Shown one piece after another: positions 27,401-37,055 of a stretch of 64,000 bases of DNA. The first letter of the stretch is position 1. Each line of letters starts with the position of its first letter. The stretch lies in contig OZ271847.1 in the NCBI GenBank assembly GCA_965601915.1, positions 2,257,178-2,321,177 on the forward strand, in the 5' to 3' direction. The notes beneath the pieces are model-generated. The model saw only the letters and a program-made list of their open reading frames with translations, was not told where the DNA came from and did no database searches. The translations under genes were made by a program, and so were the position numbers. The DNA is from Balneola sp. Its GTDB lineage: Bacteria > Bacteroidota > Rhodothermia > Balneolales > Balneolaceae.

Positions 27401-29442
27401 CTGAATTCAATAATCTTTGGCAATCTCAAATTGGATCAGTTCCCGATGCAAGAAACTGGGATTTAGCAGCCAACTGGAGTTCCGGATCTGTTCCTCTTCC
27501 AAGTGATAAAGTACTTATACCGGCAACCCCCGCAGTTGGAAATGAACAACCCGTTATAAATACAACAAATACAACAGTCACTCAGCTTTCAATAGAAGCA
27601 AGTGCATCTGTGACCATTTCCGGTGGAAAGGAGCTTATTGTAACTGGAGAACTATCAGGTGATGGCGAGGTACTTGGTAGTAATACAGATTCTGTAACTA
27701 TAGGTGGTAATCTCAATATTGATATGACAGTAGGCTATGTTAAGCTAAATGGATCTACAAATCAGGAAGTGACAAACCCGAATGATTTTGTTAATCTTGA
27801 ACTTGATAATTCTAACGGGGCTAACTTTTCTGCTAATCTTACCGTTTCAGATTCACTTAAACTTACAGACGGTGTTCTTTTCTTACCAACCGGAACGAAC
27901 CTGATTGCTAATTCTAAAGAATATGGTTCCGGTTCAATAAGAATGCAGAGAAGAATATCCGGTTCCAGAGGTTGGCGTTTACTCTCCTCTCCTTTTAATA
28001 CTACTTATAGTGATTTTCTGGATGGTACATTAACTCAGGGCTACACAGGATCCACTCTTGGAAATGCTCCTTTAGACAGCCTACAACCCAACGTATTAAC
28101 TTACTTGGAAAGCTTTCCGGGAACAGATAATCAACGCTACAGAACACCTTCCAATGCTACTGACCCCGTAGTTCAGGGTCAGGGAGTATTTGTCTTTGTG
28201 TTTGGGGATATTGCAGCGGATGCGAGATACAATGATCCTATCCCCGATACTCTGGATGTTCAGGGACAGGAATGGAATGGAGACGATACTGAAGTAGATT
28301 TTGGCGTAACTTATACTCCTGCCGCTGATACAGGATGGAATCTGGTCGGAAACCCTTTTCTTGCTACTATTGACTGGGATGACTCCGGAAACTGGACTAA
28401 AAACAACATTGAATCCTCGATTTATATCTGGGATCCTGATGCTAACGGAGGAGACGGTGAATACCTGACCTGGAATGGGGTCACCGGTACGTTGCCAACT
28501 GGCGGACTGATTGCTCCTTTTCAAGGGTTTTGGGTTAAAGCGAATGGTCCTAGCCCTGAACTCAAAGTAAATAAAGACGTTAAAACCACCGGCGGAGGGT
28601 TTTTAAGAAAATCACTTCCTGAAACTGATTCAGAAAAAGCAAAACAACAAGGGACTGCAGATCCACAAATTCAACTACGTGTAACATCTCCTTCAGGAAG
28701 AGTAAAAAACACAAATATTATGTTTTCAGAGGAAGGAACCGAAGGAAAAGATAATTTTGATGCTTATCGCCTTCTCCCTCTTTCTTCATCCCATATTGAG
28801 CTTTATACTTTACTTAAAGATGGCACTGAATTGGCAATTAACAGTTTACCTTTAGATTTTAATTCGAGGATCTTTATACCTCTTAACGTCAATTATTTTG
28901 AAAATAATCGACCGGTTAATGAAGAGCTTAATATGGTCTGGGCAGGACTTAGAAACATACCTGATGACTGGATTCTAACACTCGTTGATAATGAAACCGG
29001 TCAGGAAATTAATATGCTTGAAGAACTCTCATATACTTTCAATCAAACTACAAGATCAAAATTAGCCAAAAACAGCAATCCTCTTGTTCCAGCAACTGCA
29101 GTCAGAAAAAAATCGATCTCACAAAGTACCAGATTTACTTTAAAAATAAGCACTGAACAAATTGAGAGAGATGTTCCTGAAGAAGTATTTCTGAGTCAGA
29201 ATTATCCTAACCCCTTTAATCCTACTACTACCATTCCATTTGGTATTAATGAAGATATGGATGTAAATCTGGTTATTTATGATATCCTTGGAAGAAAAAT
29301 AAGTACCATTTATGATGAAAGATTAACTGCAGGAAGATATAATCCTGTGTTTCGCGGTGATCATCTTGCAAGTGGTGTTTATTTTTACCGCCTTATAACC
29401 AATAACAAGGTTATTGTTCAGAAGTTTACTTTGATAAAGTAA
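21445..29442 (+). CDS. Giant T9SS-sorted adhesin-like protein (DUF2341-like N-terminus, LamG-like domains, ~100-aa cadherin-like repeats, Ig-like domains)
   Basis: 2665 aa with a TTG start and a signal peptide. The DUF2341-like segment reads GYDIRFTSANGS..LSHQLESYD...EMWVRFPTL...FYIYFGN. It has three LamG-like segments, five ~100-aa repeats ending ...YQTALRSVTYENT...R.ISF.V.DG, and Big-like Ig domains. It also carries the shared C-terminal module and a T9SS C-terminal domain. Confidence 0.85.
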   Translation: MKFSRRHIVSFLVVVLILIISTQESYAQLPGYNFRLKGQVNSAQVSGSSTLSNFPVLMSFTIDDLRSTGNGGGVENINGYDIRFTSANGSTILSHQLESYDPVTGAIEMWVRFPTLSATTDTEFYIYFGNSSISTDQSSTNVWDSNYKMVLHLNGDFLDASGNGTNGVNTGTVSTTGQIGLARDFNSNNDRITVADNGVSPLDISGNITISLWTRIANLGNGPDIITKGTYTNGYSVWVDGAGRLQFQINNDALTSPTGQLTNNVWSYITFTRASNGDRVIYTNGVPVASDNSQESFSISDDDLFISTTTFDYLGDIDEVRISNSTRSSDWIATEYNNQSSPLTFIAQLNAEPVLSNIEGSAIIFNSGSPATAITSALTVTDGDDTNIESATVSITNNFDSSEDVLNFADQLGITGSYASGTGILTLTGTATLSDYQTALRSVTYQNTDPAPSELLRTISFTVNDGDDDSNLQTRNISVVKVNNAPALTNMETGSIIYFAGNGQKAVTSSIQVNDSDDTNIDSARVQITSGYVSSEDTLRFVDQNGITGSWSEVAGRLILTGSATLATYQSAIRSITYENESGSPTMTTRTISFTVNDGTENSSIVTRDVEYPSTITDLALYKGNGVFHYDAFDVDGDLDLGDQPGTPSAISPWGDRSDNVAASTADLSATNGAGAQRPNFDPVFLGGRGALQFDGTDDNLSLPNNSILNTGSYTEKSFAMMFRTGSSTAGLQIMYEQGGGTRGYQLSIKDGILYAFVWNNSEWPGTDEYKSINLGTVQPNTSYIIIASHDASAGALVDKVWEANVNGGTISTLTNVDFQRAHSGGAEIGEEDGTRDPATTGNNPAGTNNFQGIIGEFVSWNSALSSSDFTNIYGYLNDKWFNTSSVLSNIEVSPLIYNEGDPASIITSSITVSDEDDTNLDSARVYISSGFDSSQDVLSGSGTGISGSYNSTTGVLSLTGSSTVANYQAALQSVTYENTETTSPSTTAREISYIVYDWDDSSGVVTREININPSNDVPLIVGLEGSTLSFTEGDGPTQVTSAITISDTDDANLQGATVAFTTNYFLGEDVLDYTNALGITGSFNATTGVLTLSGTTTLSNYQTALRAVTYENTSSDPVAGLDRKIEFRVYDGIDSSIVGTTRDISVTSLNTVPTLANIETANIFYNIGDSSLVSETITITDPDDTNIETIDLQITSGYLPAEDTLVFQDIFGVTSSWNDGSGTLTLTGPALKADFRSALRTVRYKNTSPTPTDSDRIVSITANDGDGDSNTLARTISYSIPKSVTDLLLWLDGNEGTFTTTGGGTSSTQGSNVGRWEDQSGNARHFTATGTSPIYQTSVGSINSQNAIEFPGGSAVRLEDTDAENYLNGLDEITIFFVIESDGVGTDRGFWTTYEPNGGGNDEVFSIRYDDVGDNGSGDDVITTGMRDLPVAFVQESFEDAQTTNGQIVMLKWKSEENYELYVDGVLSNPTFFQNIPTGVLTDVTTAIIGQGTQDQSDSWDGLIAEVILYGKEVSLTEQQDVEDYLSTKYSIPIRSFTAATGGEAISADDANTTYTTLSGPRVQESFLGEFTNGGTFVFNAPTGYEWDTSGGAPSASVAPAFGGSTELTIGFTSRTSSQIIFTVSAVSTTNPGEITFSDFRVRPTTGILPNTGNITNTGTTGLGGSTNYGQLTMVPGTQVEMKFTQQPTASNVSAAISPAVRVQLIDQFGNSVTESRVDITMSLNTVSGSGTLGGTTTEETNVFGIAEFDDINIDDIGTYNLTASSTGLTDATSSDFDVVVVGQLTQFTVQRVPSGNIADKLAGQNFNITVVATDGLQDTVDTFTGTAVLTSNCSLGTGQGTTPNFVGGVLSSRTVSISNVGTCTITATNSAGTETGSSNSFDVTPGVASPATSAITASPTVILNDGFSTSTITVQLKDSEGNNRTTGGQTIILNTTDGSLSTVTDNGNGTYSATLTSSVIAGLATITGTLDAVAITDNAEVEFAEFNNLWQSQIGSVPDARNWDLAANWSSGSVPLPSDKVLIPATPAVGNEQPVINTTNTTVTQLSIEASASVTISGGKELIVTGELSGDGEVLGSNTDSVTIGGNLNIDMTVGYVKLNGSTNQEVTNPNDFVNLELDNSNGANFSANLTVSDSLKLTDGVLFLPTGTNLIANSKEYGSGSIRMQRRISGSRGWRLLSSPFNTTYSDFLDGTLTQGYTGSTLGNAPLDSLQPNVLTYLESFPGTDNQRYRTPSNATDPVVQGQGVFVFVFGDIAADARYNDPIPDTLDVQGQEWNGDDTEVDFGVTYTPAADTGWNLVGNPFLATIDWDDSGNWTKNNIESSIYIWDPDANGGDGEYLTWNGVTGTLPTGGLIAPFQGFWVKANGPSPELKVNKDVKTTGGGFLRKSLPETDSEKAKQQGTADPQIQLRVTSPSGRVKNTNIMFSEEGTEGKDNFDAYRLLPLSSSHIELYTLLKDGTELAINSLPLDFNSRIFIPLNVNYFENNRPVNEELNMVWAGLRNIPDDWILTLVDNETGQEINMLEELSYTFNQTTRSKLAKNSNPLVPATAVRKKSISQSTRFTLKISTEQIERDVPEEVFLSQNYPNPFNPTTTIPFGINEDMDVNLVIYDILGRKISTIYDERLTAGRYNPVFRGDHLASGVYFYRLITNNKVIVQKFTLIK

Positions 29443-29534
29443 TTGAATACATCTCTTTTAATGTGGAAGTTAGAATTGGTTAATGAAGCCAAATAAACTT
29501 GGTTAATTGCTATCTTTCTTTATATATCAAGAAG

Positions 29535-32500
29535 ATGCATACAGGTAAGAGAATTCATATTGCTATTGTCATTTTTTTCATGACATTTCTGTGGTCAGAT
29601 ATTCTGATGGCACAGTTACCCGGCTATTCAAATCGTAAAAAATTTTCTATCGATAATACTCAGGTTAGTGGTGTTACCGATCTTACCAATTTTCCTGTAT
29701 TATTTAGTTTTACTGATAACGATTTAAGAACTACAGCCAATGGTGGTAATGTTGAAAACTCAAATGGTTTTGATATCACCTTTACTTCTGCAGACGGGTC
29801 AACACAGCTTGATCATCAATTAGAAAGCTACAATGCTGTAACCGGTGAAATTATTGCTTGGGTAAAATTCCCAACTCTTGGAGCGACCACTGATACTGAC
29901 TTCTATGTGTATTATGGGAATTCATCTCAAACCACCGATCAATCTACCACAAATACATGGAACAGTAATTATCAGGCAGTTTTGCATTTTGATGATTTTG
30001 CGGATGCAACTTCAAATGGAAATAACGGAACAAATAATGGCACAACATCCACTTCTGGTAAAATTGGGAATGCCCGTTCTTTTACCACCGCCGGCGGCAA
30101 TGATTTTGTTTCCGTAACTGATGATGCCACACTCGATATTACCGGTGAAATAACATTATCGGCTTGGCTTAATGTAAATAATTTCGGAGATACTCCGGAT
30201 CTTATCACAAAAGGCGATTACACGGAAGCGTATTCAACGTGGATCAGGTCTGATGGAACTCTTCGGTTTGCAACTGATGGATCTACCCTGACAAGCAGTT
30301 CCTCAATTACCTCAGGTTCAACAGTTTATGTTACTTTTACTAAAACTGCTTCCGGAAGGAATATCTACATAAATGGTACCGCTGCAGGAAGTGACGCGGT
30401 AACAACTGCATTTTCTACAAATAATAACCCTCTTTATATTTCAACTTCCGGTTTCGGAATTAATGGCTTTATTGATGAAGTGAGAGTGTCTAACACAGCC
30501 CATTCTTCTGACTGGATATCAACAGAATATAATAATCAGAATAACCCTGGTACTTTTTACTCTGAGGTATCAGATCCTCCTGTACTATCAGATATTGAAA
30601 ACGACCCTATAACTTTTACAAGTGGTGGGTCTGCTGTTTTTATTACATCCGATATATCTATATCAGCACCTTATATTGCAAACCTTGCAAGTGCAGAAAT
30701 TCAAATTACAGGAAATTACCTCTCCTCTGACGATACTCTTACTTTTATTGATACAGGATCAATCAGCGGAAGCTGGAATGACGGCTCCGGAACTCTCACT
30801 CTGACCGGAACAGCTTCGATTGCCAACTACCAAACTGCTTTGCGTAATATCAGATATGAAAACACCAATAACTCTCCCGATCAATCTACAAGAACTATTT
30901 CATTTACGGTAAGTGATGGCAGTAACGATAGTAATACGGAGTCGAGAGAGTTAGATATCATTACCTCTCTTTCTGATCTTTCAACAGATTTTGCAAATAC
31001 AGTTTTCCATTTTGATGCACAGGATGTTGATGGAGATCTTTTAACAAATGATCAACCAACAGATGGAGCTTCAGTTACAACATGGGGAGATCGTTCAGAC
31101 AATGCTGGAGGAAGTGGAGCAAATATAGTTGCGACTGCTCCGGGTGGTGATGAACCTGTTTTTAATTCAGACTATTTTGGTGAAAGAGGTGGTTTATTCT
31201 TTGATTTTAATTCCGGAGATGCAGGAGATAACTTTCAGTTAAATGACGATGCATTATTAAATACAGGTGGACCTTATGATGAAAAATCTTTTGCATTAGT
31301 TTTCCGAACAGGAACTGATTTATCAGGATTACAAATCATTTATGAACAAGGTGGTGGATCAAATGGTTACCAATTTTCCATTAAGGATGGTGATTTATTT
31401 GCTTATGCATGGAGTACAAATGCTGAGTGGGTTGACGGAGATGATCAATCTATAAACTTGGGATCCCTGGAAACCAATACTTCATATATTCTGGTAGCTT
31501 CTCATGATGCAAATGCACTTATCTGGGAAGCATCAGTAAACGGTAATGCCAGAATTCAAAGTGCCGGAGCAGCTGGTACAATGAATAATCATGGTGGTGA
31601 TGCTACCATTGCTGAAGAAGATGGTACCAACGACCCGGTTACTTTTGGTAACCCAGCAACTACAAATAATTTTGACGGATATATAGCCGAATTGATTTCC
31701 TGGAACACCACTTTGAATGGAGGTCAGTTTGCCAGTATTAACGATTTTCTTTGTGATAAGTGGTGCAATACTCCACCACAATTAGCCAATGTTGAAGCTA
31801 CAAATTTAGATTATACGGAAGGCGACGCTGCTACTGTTGTCACTTCTGCGTTAACAGTATCTGATGTTGATAATACCATTTTAGATAGTGCTTACGTTTC
31901 TATAACGTCTAATTTTGAGAGTTCTGAAGATGTTCTGGATTTTACACCAATTGGAAATATTTCAGGATCTTATAATTCAACAGAAGGTATATTAGTAATT
32001 ACCGGAACTGATACTAAAGCAAATTACCAAACAGCCTTACGTTCCGTAACATATGAAAATTTAAATGGAGTCGATCCTTCTACTTCTTTACGACAGGTCG
32101 ATTTTATGGTTTTTGACTGGGATGATTCCAGTAATGTTGATTCACGAACTATTAATGTGATAGCGGATAACAGTACTCCGGTACTAACTTCAATAGAAGG
32201 TGGAACCTTATCTTATACTGAAAATGATGGGGCTGTATCGATAACATCATCTATTACAATCAGCGACCCTGATGACACAAACTTTGAAAGCGCTGAAATT
32301 GAGATCTCAGGAAATTACTTTTTAGGAGAAGATGTACTTGGTTTTGCAAATACTGCTAATATAATAGGTTCATGGAACTCAACTACTGGTATTTTAACTC
32401 TATCTGGAACAGCAACTTTAGCTGAGTACCAAGCCGCGTTAAGAAATGTGACTTATGAGAATTCAAGTTCAGATCCTGTAGAACTGGACAGAACTATTTC

Positions 32501-35500
32501 ATTTACGGTTAATGATGGAGATGCAGATAGCAATACACAATCCCGGGATGTTTCCGTTACATCTACTAATTCTAAGCCATTACTTTCAAATATAGAAGCA
32601 ACTACTCCTACTTATCAGGGCACCGATCTTCAAATTACGAATACCATCGAAGTTTCTGACCCGGATGACACTTCCGTTGACAGTGCAATAGTTGTAATTA
32701 ATGGAAACTTTAAAGCAGCTGAAGATTCTCTAATTTATTTTCCTGTATTTGGAATCTCCGGCACCTATAACGATTCAAACGGCAGATTAAAATTGTCCGG
32801 CACCTCCTCCTTTTCTGACTATCAGACAGCGCTGAGGTCGGTCAAATACCGTAATTTCGGCTCGATCCCTACCGGTCCAGCTCGTGAGATTTCTTTTATT
32901 GTAAGTGATGGAGAACTCAAAAGTGACTCACTAAAAAGAACTATTGAAGTTAACGCTGTTGAAGCTATCAATGGGCTGGAAGTTTGGCTCAGAGCAGATG
33001 TTGGTGTAGTTACCAGTGGTTCTGAAGTTGTTACATGGCAGGATCAAAGTGGAAACAGTAATGATTTTACTGGTACTGCAGGATCAGGAAACCGTCCAAC
33101 TTTTATTTCCAGTTCCGTTCCTCTTGGTGAACAACCTTCAATTGATTTTGCAGGAAATGGAGATCACTTTTTAGATAATGACGGGGAAACGAATTACATA
33201 AATGGAATGACAGAGTTTACTCTGTTTCTTGTTTATAAATCAGATGAAACAAATTCAGATCAAGGAATGTGGATTGCTGACGACCCTAATGGTTCAGATG
33301 AAATTTTTACTATGCGGTATGATGCTTCAGGAGCTAACACTGGTGGCTCATTTACAAATGTAGTAAAAGTTGGAATTCTTGGGAATGATGCTGATAATCA
33401 GCTAGAAAGTTTTTCGGATATTCAAAATACACAAACTCAAATAACCAGTTTACATTGGGAAAGCGGAACAACTTTTGATTTGTATGTTGATGGAATCCTG
33501 AATAACCCAAGTGCTGCAGGCACCCCTCCTTCAGGATCAATTAGTAATGCAACTAAAGCCATTGTTGGTAAAGGTGGAAAAGATACAGGAAATAACAGCT
33601 GGAATGGTCAGATAGCTGAAGTCATTCTTTATGGTAAAAATCTTAATGAAGATGAAAGAGAAAAAGTTGAAGATTATCTTGCTGAAAAGTATTCAACAGC
33701 AATTAGAAAGATAACTGCTGCAACCGGCGGTGAAGCAATTTCTGCAGATGATGCTAATTCGTCATACACATCATTAAGTGGACCAATCATTCAAGAAGGT
33801 TTTGCAGGAGAACTTACAGGTTCGGGCACCATTGTTTTACAAGCGCCTGTAGGTTATGAATGGAATACAGGAGCTACAGTCACAGTTACAGAAGCTGCGG
33901 CCTATGGAGGTAGTACAACCCTTGACGCCTCTTTTACAAGCATTACTTCCAGCCTTTTAACGATTACTATTGATACAGAATCCTCATCAAACCCGGGAGA
34001 AATCACGCTCTCAGGTTTACAAATAAGACCTACAACCGGAGTTTTACCTAATACCGGCAATATTCAAAATGTTGGATCTACCGGTCTTGGAGGAGCCACC
34101 AATTACGGAACACTTGAAATGGTTCCAGGTACTCAGGATAGTTTGATATTTATACAACAACCTTCTGATACAAATAAGGACAGTATCATCACCCCTTCAG
34201 TTAGAGCTCAGATTGTTGACCAGTTTGGAAATGAGGTTGAAAACGCAGGTGTGTCTATTTCAATGGCACTTACAACAGGATCAGGAATATTAAGTGGTAC
34301 TTTATCAGATAACACAAATTCTTTGGGAATTGCTGATTTTGCTGATTTGACTATAGATGAAATTGGCTCAAAAAGAATCACCGCAAGTGCACCCGGTATA
34401 AGCTCCACCATAAGTAATGAATTCGATATTGTTAACGCCGGAACACTCATTGCTTTCAGAGTTGAAAGAACCCCTTCAGGAAATATCAGTGCTAAGACTG
34501 CAGGACAAACTTTTAACACAGTAATCACTGCCATTGACGGAACAGGTTCAACCGTAACAAGCTTTAATGGAACAGTAGTTGTTACTTCAAATTGTACATT
34601 AGAAACCGGCCAAGGTACAACTGCCAATTTTTCAAGTGGTGTTTTATCGACGCATTCGTTAAGTATTTCAAGTGTAGGCAACTGTTCGATTACAGCAACA
34701 AATTCTGCCGGAGCGCAAACAGGAATAAGTAATACATTTAACGTTTCAGCCGGCGCACCTTCAGAAGAAACATCTATAATTACCGCTTCCCCAACAGTTA
34801 TTCTAAATAATGGCAGCAGTACATCTACCATCACTGTAGATGTAAAAGATGAATTCGGTAATAATGTAAGTTCAGGTGGTTCTACTGTTACGCTAATGAT
34901 AACGCCAACCGCTTTGGGAAGCCTAGGTTCGGTGACTGATAATGGAAATGGAACTTACACCGCAACACTTACTTCATCCCTTTCTACTGGAACAGATAAT
35001 ATAACCGGCACATTAAATGGAAGTGCTATTACTGATGATGCGAATGTGGAGTATGCCTCTTTTACTCACATTTGGGAAAGTCAGTTAGGATCTGCAAGTG
35101 CAGCATCCGATTGGGAAGATGTAGATAACTGGAATGTCGGCTCTGTTCCCGGAGTAACTTCTGTAGTACTGATACCTGCAGATCCCGAAGTTGGTAACGA
35201 GTATCCTGTAGTTGATGTTTCAGGAGGGATTGCTTCATCCATTACCTTTGAACCAGGTGCAAATCTGACAATTTCTGGAGGAATAAACTTTACTGTCGGT
35301 GGTGATTTGAATGGAGGAAGTGTTTTAGGAAGTAACACTGACAGTCTAACCATTGGAGGAGATGTAATCAATGTTTCAGAAATCACCGTTGGTACTGTGG
35401 TATTAAATGGATCATCCGAACAAGCTATCACAGATCCTCATGAATACACAAATTTAGTAATTGATAACTCAAATGGTGTATCCGTAATAGATAATCTTGT

Positions 35501-37055
35501 AATATCGGATTCACTGAAAATGAATGATGGAGAACTTCTTATTCCAAGTGGCAAAAACTTGATAGCTGATGGGATATCTTACGGAACAGGCGTTCTGCGT
35601 TTTCAGAGGAAAATTTCAGGGGTGCGTGGATGGCGGCTCCTCTCCTCTCCAGTTGCTTCTACCTACGGAGATTTCCTGGATGGAACACTAACCCAGGGCT
35701 ATTCAGGTTCAACTTTGGGAAACACACCATTAGATAGCTTACAACCTAACGTATTAACATATCTTGAAAGCTTCCCCGGTACAGATAATCAAAGATATCG
35801 TGCTCCGTCAAGTTCTGCGGCTTCACTAAACGCGGGCCAGGGAATGTTCGTATTCTTTTTTGGTGATGTTCCTGCGGATGCCCGCTACAATGATCCTCTA
35901 CCGGATACATTGGATGTAGTTGGGCAGGAATTTTTTGGAACTGCGGGAGAAATAGATTTTGGTGTCACCTATACTACAGCTGCAGACTCAGGATGGAATC
36001 TGGTCGGAAATCCGTTTGGCGCCACAATCGATTGGGATGATTCTCCAAACTGGACAAAAACCAATATCGAATCAACCATTTATATTTGGGACCCTGCCGC
36101 AAATGGCGGAAATGGAGAATACCTGACGTGGAACGGTGTAACAGGAACTTTAGGAAGCGGACTAATTGCTCCTTTTCAGGGCTTTTGGGTTAAGGCTTCT
36201 TCATCCAGCCCGGAATTAAAAGTAACTAAAGACGCCAAAACAACAGGTGGGAATTTTCTTAGAAAAGAAAATTTGAGCTCAACTCCTGTAATTCAATTAA
36301 CTGCTTCCGTCAACAGTCTCAGTAAAAGAACTAATTTCATGTTCAGTGATCAAGGAAGTAAAAGCAGGGATCCTAAAGATGGATTTAGATTAATTCCATT
36401 TTCAAGCTCAAATATTGAATTCTATTCTTTACTTGACGATGGTACCCAACTATCGATAAACAGTCTACCACTGGAATTAACAAACCGCCTCAAAATTCCT
36501 TTACAGTTAAATGCTTTTGAAAATCAGCTTCCTGTTAATGGAACGTTCAGAATTTCTGCCAGTGGGATTAAAGGAGCTCCCGATGAGTGGTTAATTTGGT
36601 TAATAGATAATGAAAAAGGAATCAAAATTAATCTTAGAGAAGAAAACACTTACGAGTTTAATCATAGCACTAAAAGTAAGATGTCCTCTAATGTATCACA
36701 CGGAAAAGTTAAGCTCAAGGAAAAAGAACGCTCAACGTCGACAAGATTTACACTTCAAATAACTACTGAAGAAATTGAAGCAAACATCCCTGAAACAGCT
36801 TTTTTAAATCAAAATTATCCCAATCCATTTAATCCAAAAACTACTATTCCTTTTGGCATCGATAAAGATTCTGAGGTTACACTCGAAATATTCGACATTT
36901 TGGGCCGTAAAATAAGTACAGTAATTGATCAGAGATTAACTGCTGGTTCGTATAACATTAGCTATCAGGCTCAAAATCTTGCCAGCGGTGTATACTTTTA
37001 CAGATTAACTACAGACTCTAAAACTTTTATCCAGAAATTCACTCTTATAAAATAA
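29535..37055 (+). CDS. Giant T9SS-sorted adhesin-like protein, paralog of 21445-29442
   Basis: It has the same domain order as the preceding gene and is diverged at nucleotide level. I prefer the start MHTGKRIH... at 29535 (signal peptide ...ILMAQLPGY) over the listed 29499. Confidence 0.85.
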   Translation: MHTGKRIHIAIVIFFMTFLWSDILMAQLPGYSNRKKFSIDNTQVSGVTDLTNFPVLFSFTDNDLRTTANGGNVENSNGFDITFTSADGSTQLDHQLESYNAVTGEIIAWVKFPTLGATTDTDFYVYYGNSSQTTDQSTTNTWNSNYQAVLHFDDFADATSNGNNGTNNGTTSTSGKIGNARSFTTAGGNDFVSVTDDATLDITGEITLSAWLNVNNFGDTPDLITKGDYTEAYSTWIRSDGTLRFATDGSTLTSSSSITSGSTVYVTFTKTASGRNIYINGTAAGSDAVTTAFSTNNNPLYISTSGFGINGFIDEVRVSNTAHSSDWISTEYNNQNNPGTFYSEVSDPPVLSDIENDPITFTSGGSAVFITSDISISAPYIANLASAEIQITGNYLSSDDTLTFIDTGSISGSWNDGSGTLTLTGTASIANYQTALRNIRYENTNNSPDQSTRTISFTVSDGSNDSNTESRELDIITSLSDLSTDFANTVFHFDAQDVDGDLLTNDQPTDGASVTTWGDRSDNAGGSGANIVATAPGGDEPVFNSDYFGERGGLFFDFNSGDAGDNFQLNDDALLNTGGPYDEKSFALVFRTGTDLSGLQIIYEQGGGSNGYQFSIKDGDLFAYAWSTNAEWVDGDDQSINLGSLETNTSYILVASHDANALIWEASVNGNARIQSAGAAGTMNNHGGDATIAEEDGTNDPVTFGNPATTNNFDGYIAELISWNTTLNGGQFASINDFLCDKWCNTPPQLANVEATNLDYTEGDAATVVTSALTVSDVDNTILDSAYVSITSNFESSEDVLDFTPIGNISGSYNSTEGILVITGTDTKANYQTALRSVTYENLNGVDPSTSLRQVDFMVFDWDDSSNVDSRTINVIADNSTPVLTSIEGGTLSYTENDGAVSITSSITISDPDDTNFESAEIEISGNYFLGEDVLGFANTANIIGSWNSTTGILTLSGTATLAEYQAALRNVTYENSSSDPVELDRTISFTVNDGDADSNTQSRDVSVTSTNSKPLLSNIEATTPTYQGTDLQITNTIEVSDPDDTSVDSAIVVINGNFKAAEDSLIYFPVFGISGTYNDSNGRLKLSGTSSFSDYQTALRSVKYRNFGSIPTGPAREISFIVSDGELKSDSLKRTIEVNAVEAINGLEVWLRADVGVVTSGSEVVTWQDQSGNSNDFTGTAGSGNRPTFISSSVPLGEQPSIDFAGNGDHFLDNDGETNYINGMTEFTLFLVYKSDETNSDQGMWIADDPNGSDEIFTMRYDASGANTGGSFTNVVKVGILGNDADNQLESFSDIQNTQTQITSLHWESGTTFDLYVDGILNNPSAAGTPPSGSISNATKAIVGKGGKDTGNNSWNGQIAEVILYGKNLNEDEREKVEDYLAEKYSTAIRKITAATGGEAISADDANSSYTSLSGPIIQEGFAGELTGSGTIVLQAPVGYEWNTGATVTVTEAAAYGGSTTLDASFTSITSSLLTITIDTESSSNPGEITLSGLQIRPTTGVLPNTGNIQNVGSTGLGGATNYGTLEMVPGTQDSLIFIQQPSDTNKDSIITPSVRAQIVDQFGNEVENAGVSISMALTTGSGILSGTLSDNTNSLGIADFADLTIDEIGSKRITASAPGISSTISNEFDIVNAGTLIAFRVERTPSGNISAKTAGQTFNTVITAIDGTGSTVTSFNGTVVVTSNCTLETGQGTTANFSSGVLSTHSLSISSVGNCSITATNSAGAQTGISNTFNVSAGAPSEETSIITASPTVILNNGSSTSTITVDVKDEFGNNVSSGGSTVTLMITPTALGSLGSVTDNGNGTYTATLTSSLSTGTDNITGTLNGSAITDDANVEYASFTHIWESQLGSASAASDWEDVDNWNVGSVPGVTSVVLIPADPEVGNEYPVVDVSGGIASSITFEPGANLTISGGINFTVGGDLNGGSVLGSNTDSLTIGGDVINVSEITVGTVVLNGSSEQAITDPHEYTNLVIDNSNGVSVIDNLVISDSLKMNDGELLIPSGKNLIADGISYGTGVLRFQRKISGVRGWRLLSSPVASTYGDFLDGTLTQGYSGSTLGNTPLDSLQPNVLTYLESFPGTDNQRYRAPSSSAASLNAGQGMFVFFFGDVPADARYNDPLPDTLDVVGQEFFGTAGEIDFGVTYTTAADSGWNLVGNPFGATIDWDDSPNWTKTNIESTIYIWDPAANGGNGEYLTWNGVTGTLGSGLIAPFQGFWVKASSSSPELKVTKDAKTTGGNFLRKENLSSTPVIQLTASVNSLSKRTNFMFSDQGSKSRDPKDGFRLIPFSSSNIEFYSLLDDGTQLSINSLPLELTNRLKIPLQLNAFENQLPVNGTFRISASGIKGAPDEWLIWLIDNEKGIKINLREENTYEFNHSTKSKMSSNVSHGKVKLKEKERSTSTRFTLQITTEEIEANIPETAFLNQNYPNPFNPKTTIPFGIDKDSEVTLEIFDILGRKISTVIDQRLTAGSYNISYQAQNLASGVYFYRLTTDSKTFIQKFTLIK

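Noticed and set aside
22498-32960. Periodic DNA repeats considered as a CRISPR array or satellite.
   Set aside because: The periodicity (~300 nt) is in-frame protein-domain repetition within long ORFs. The units are diverged and have no spacer/repeat structure.
34208-34834. A 208-aa antisense ORF, plus similar ones at 28096-28524, 35081-35431, 25068-25343, 22380-22637 and elsewhere, inside the giant adhesin genes.
   Set aside because: They are embedded antisense in long, well-supported coding frames with clear domain structure. Their translations are low-complexity mirror images with no start context or recognisable domains.
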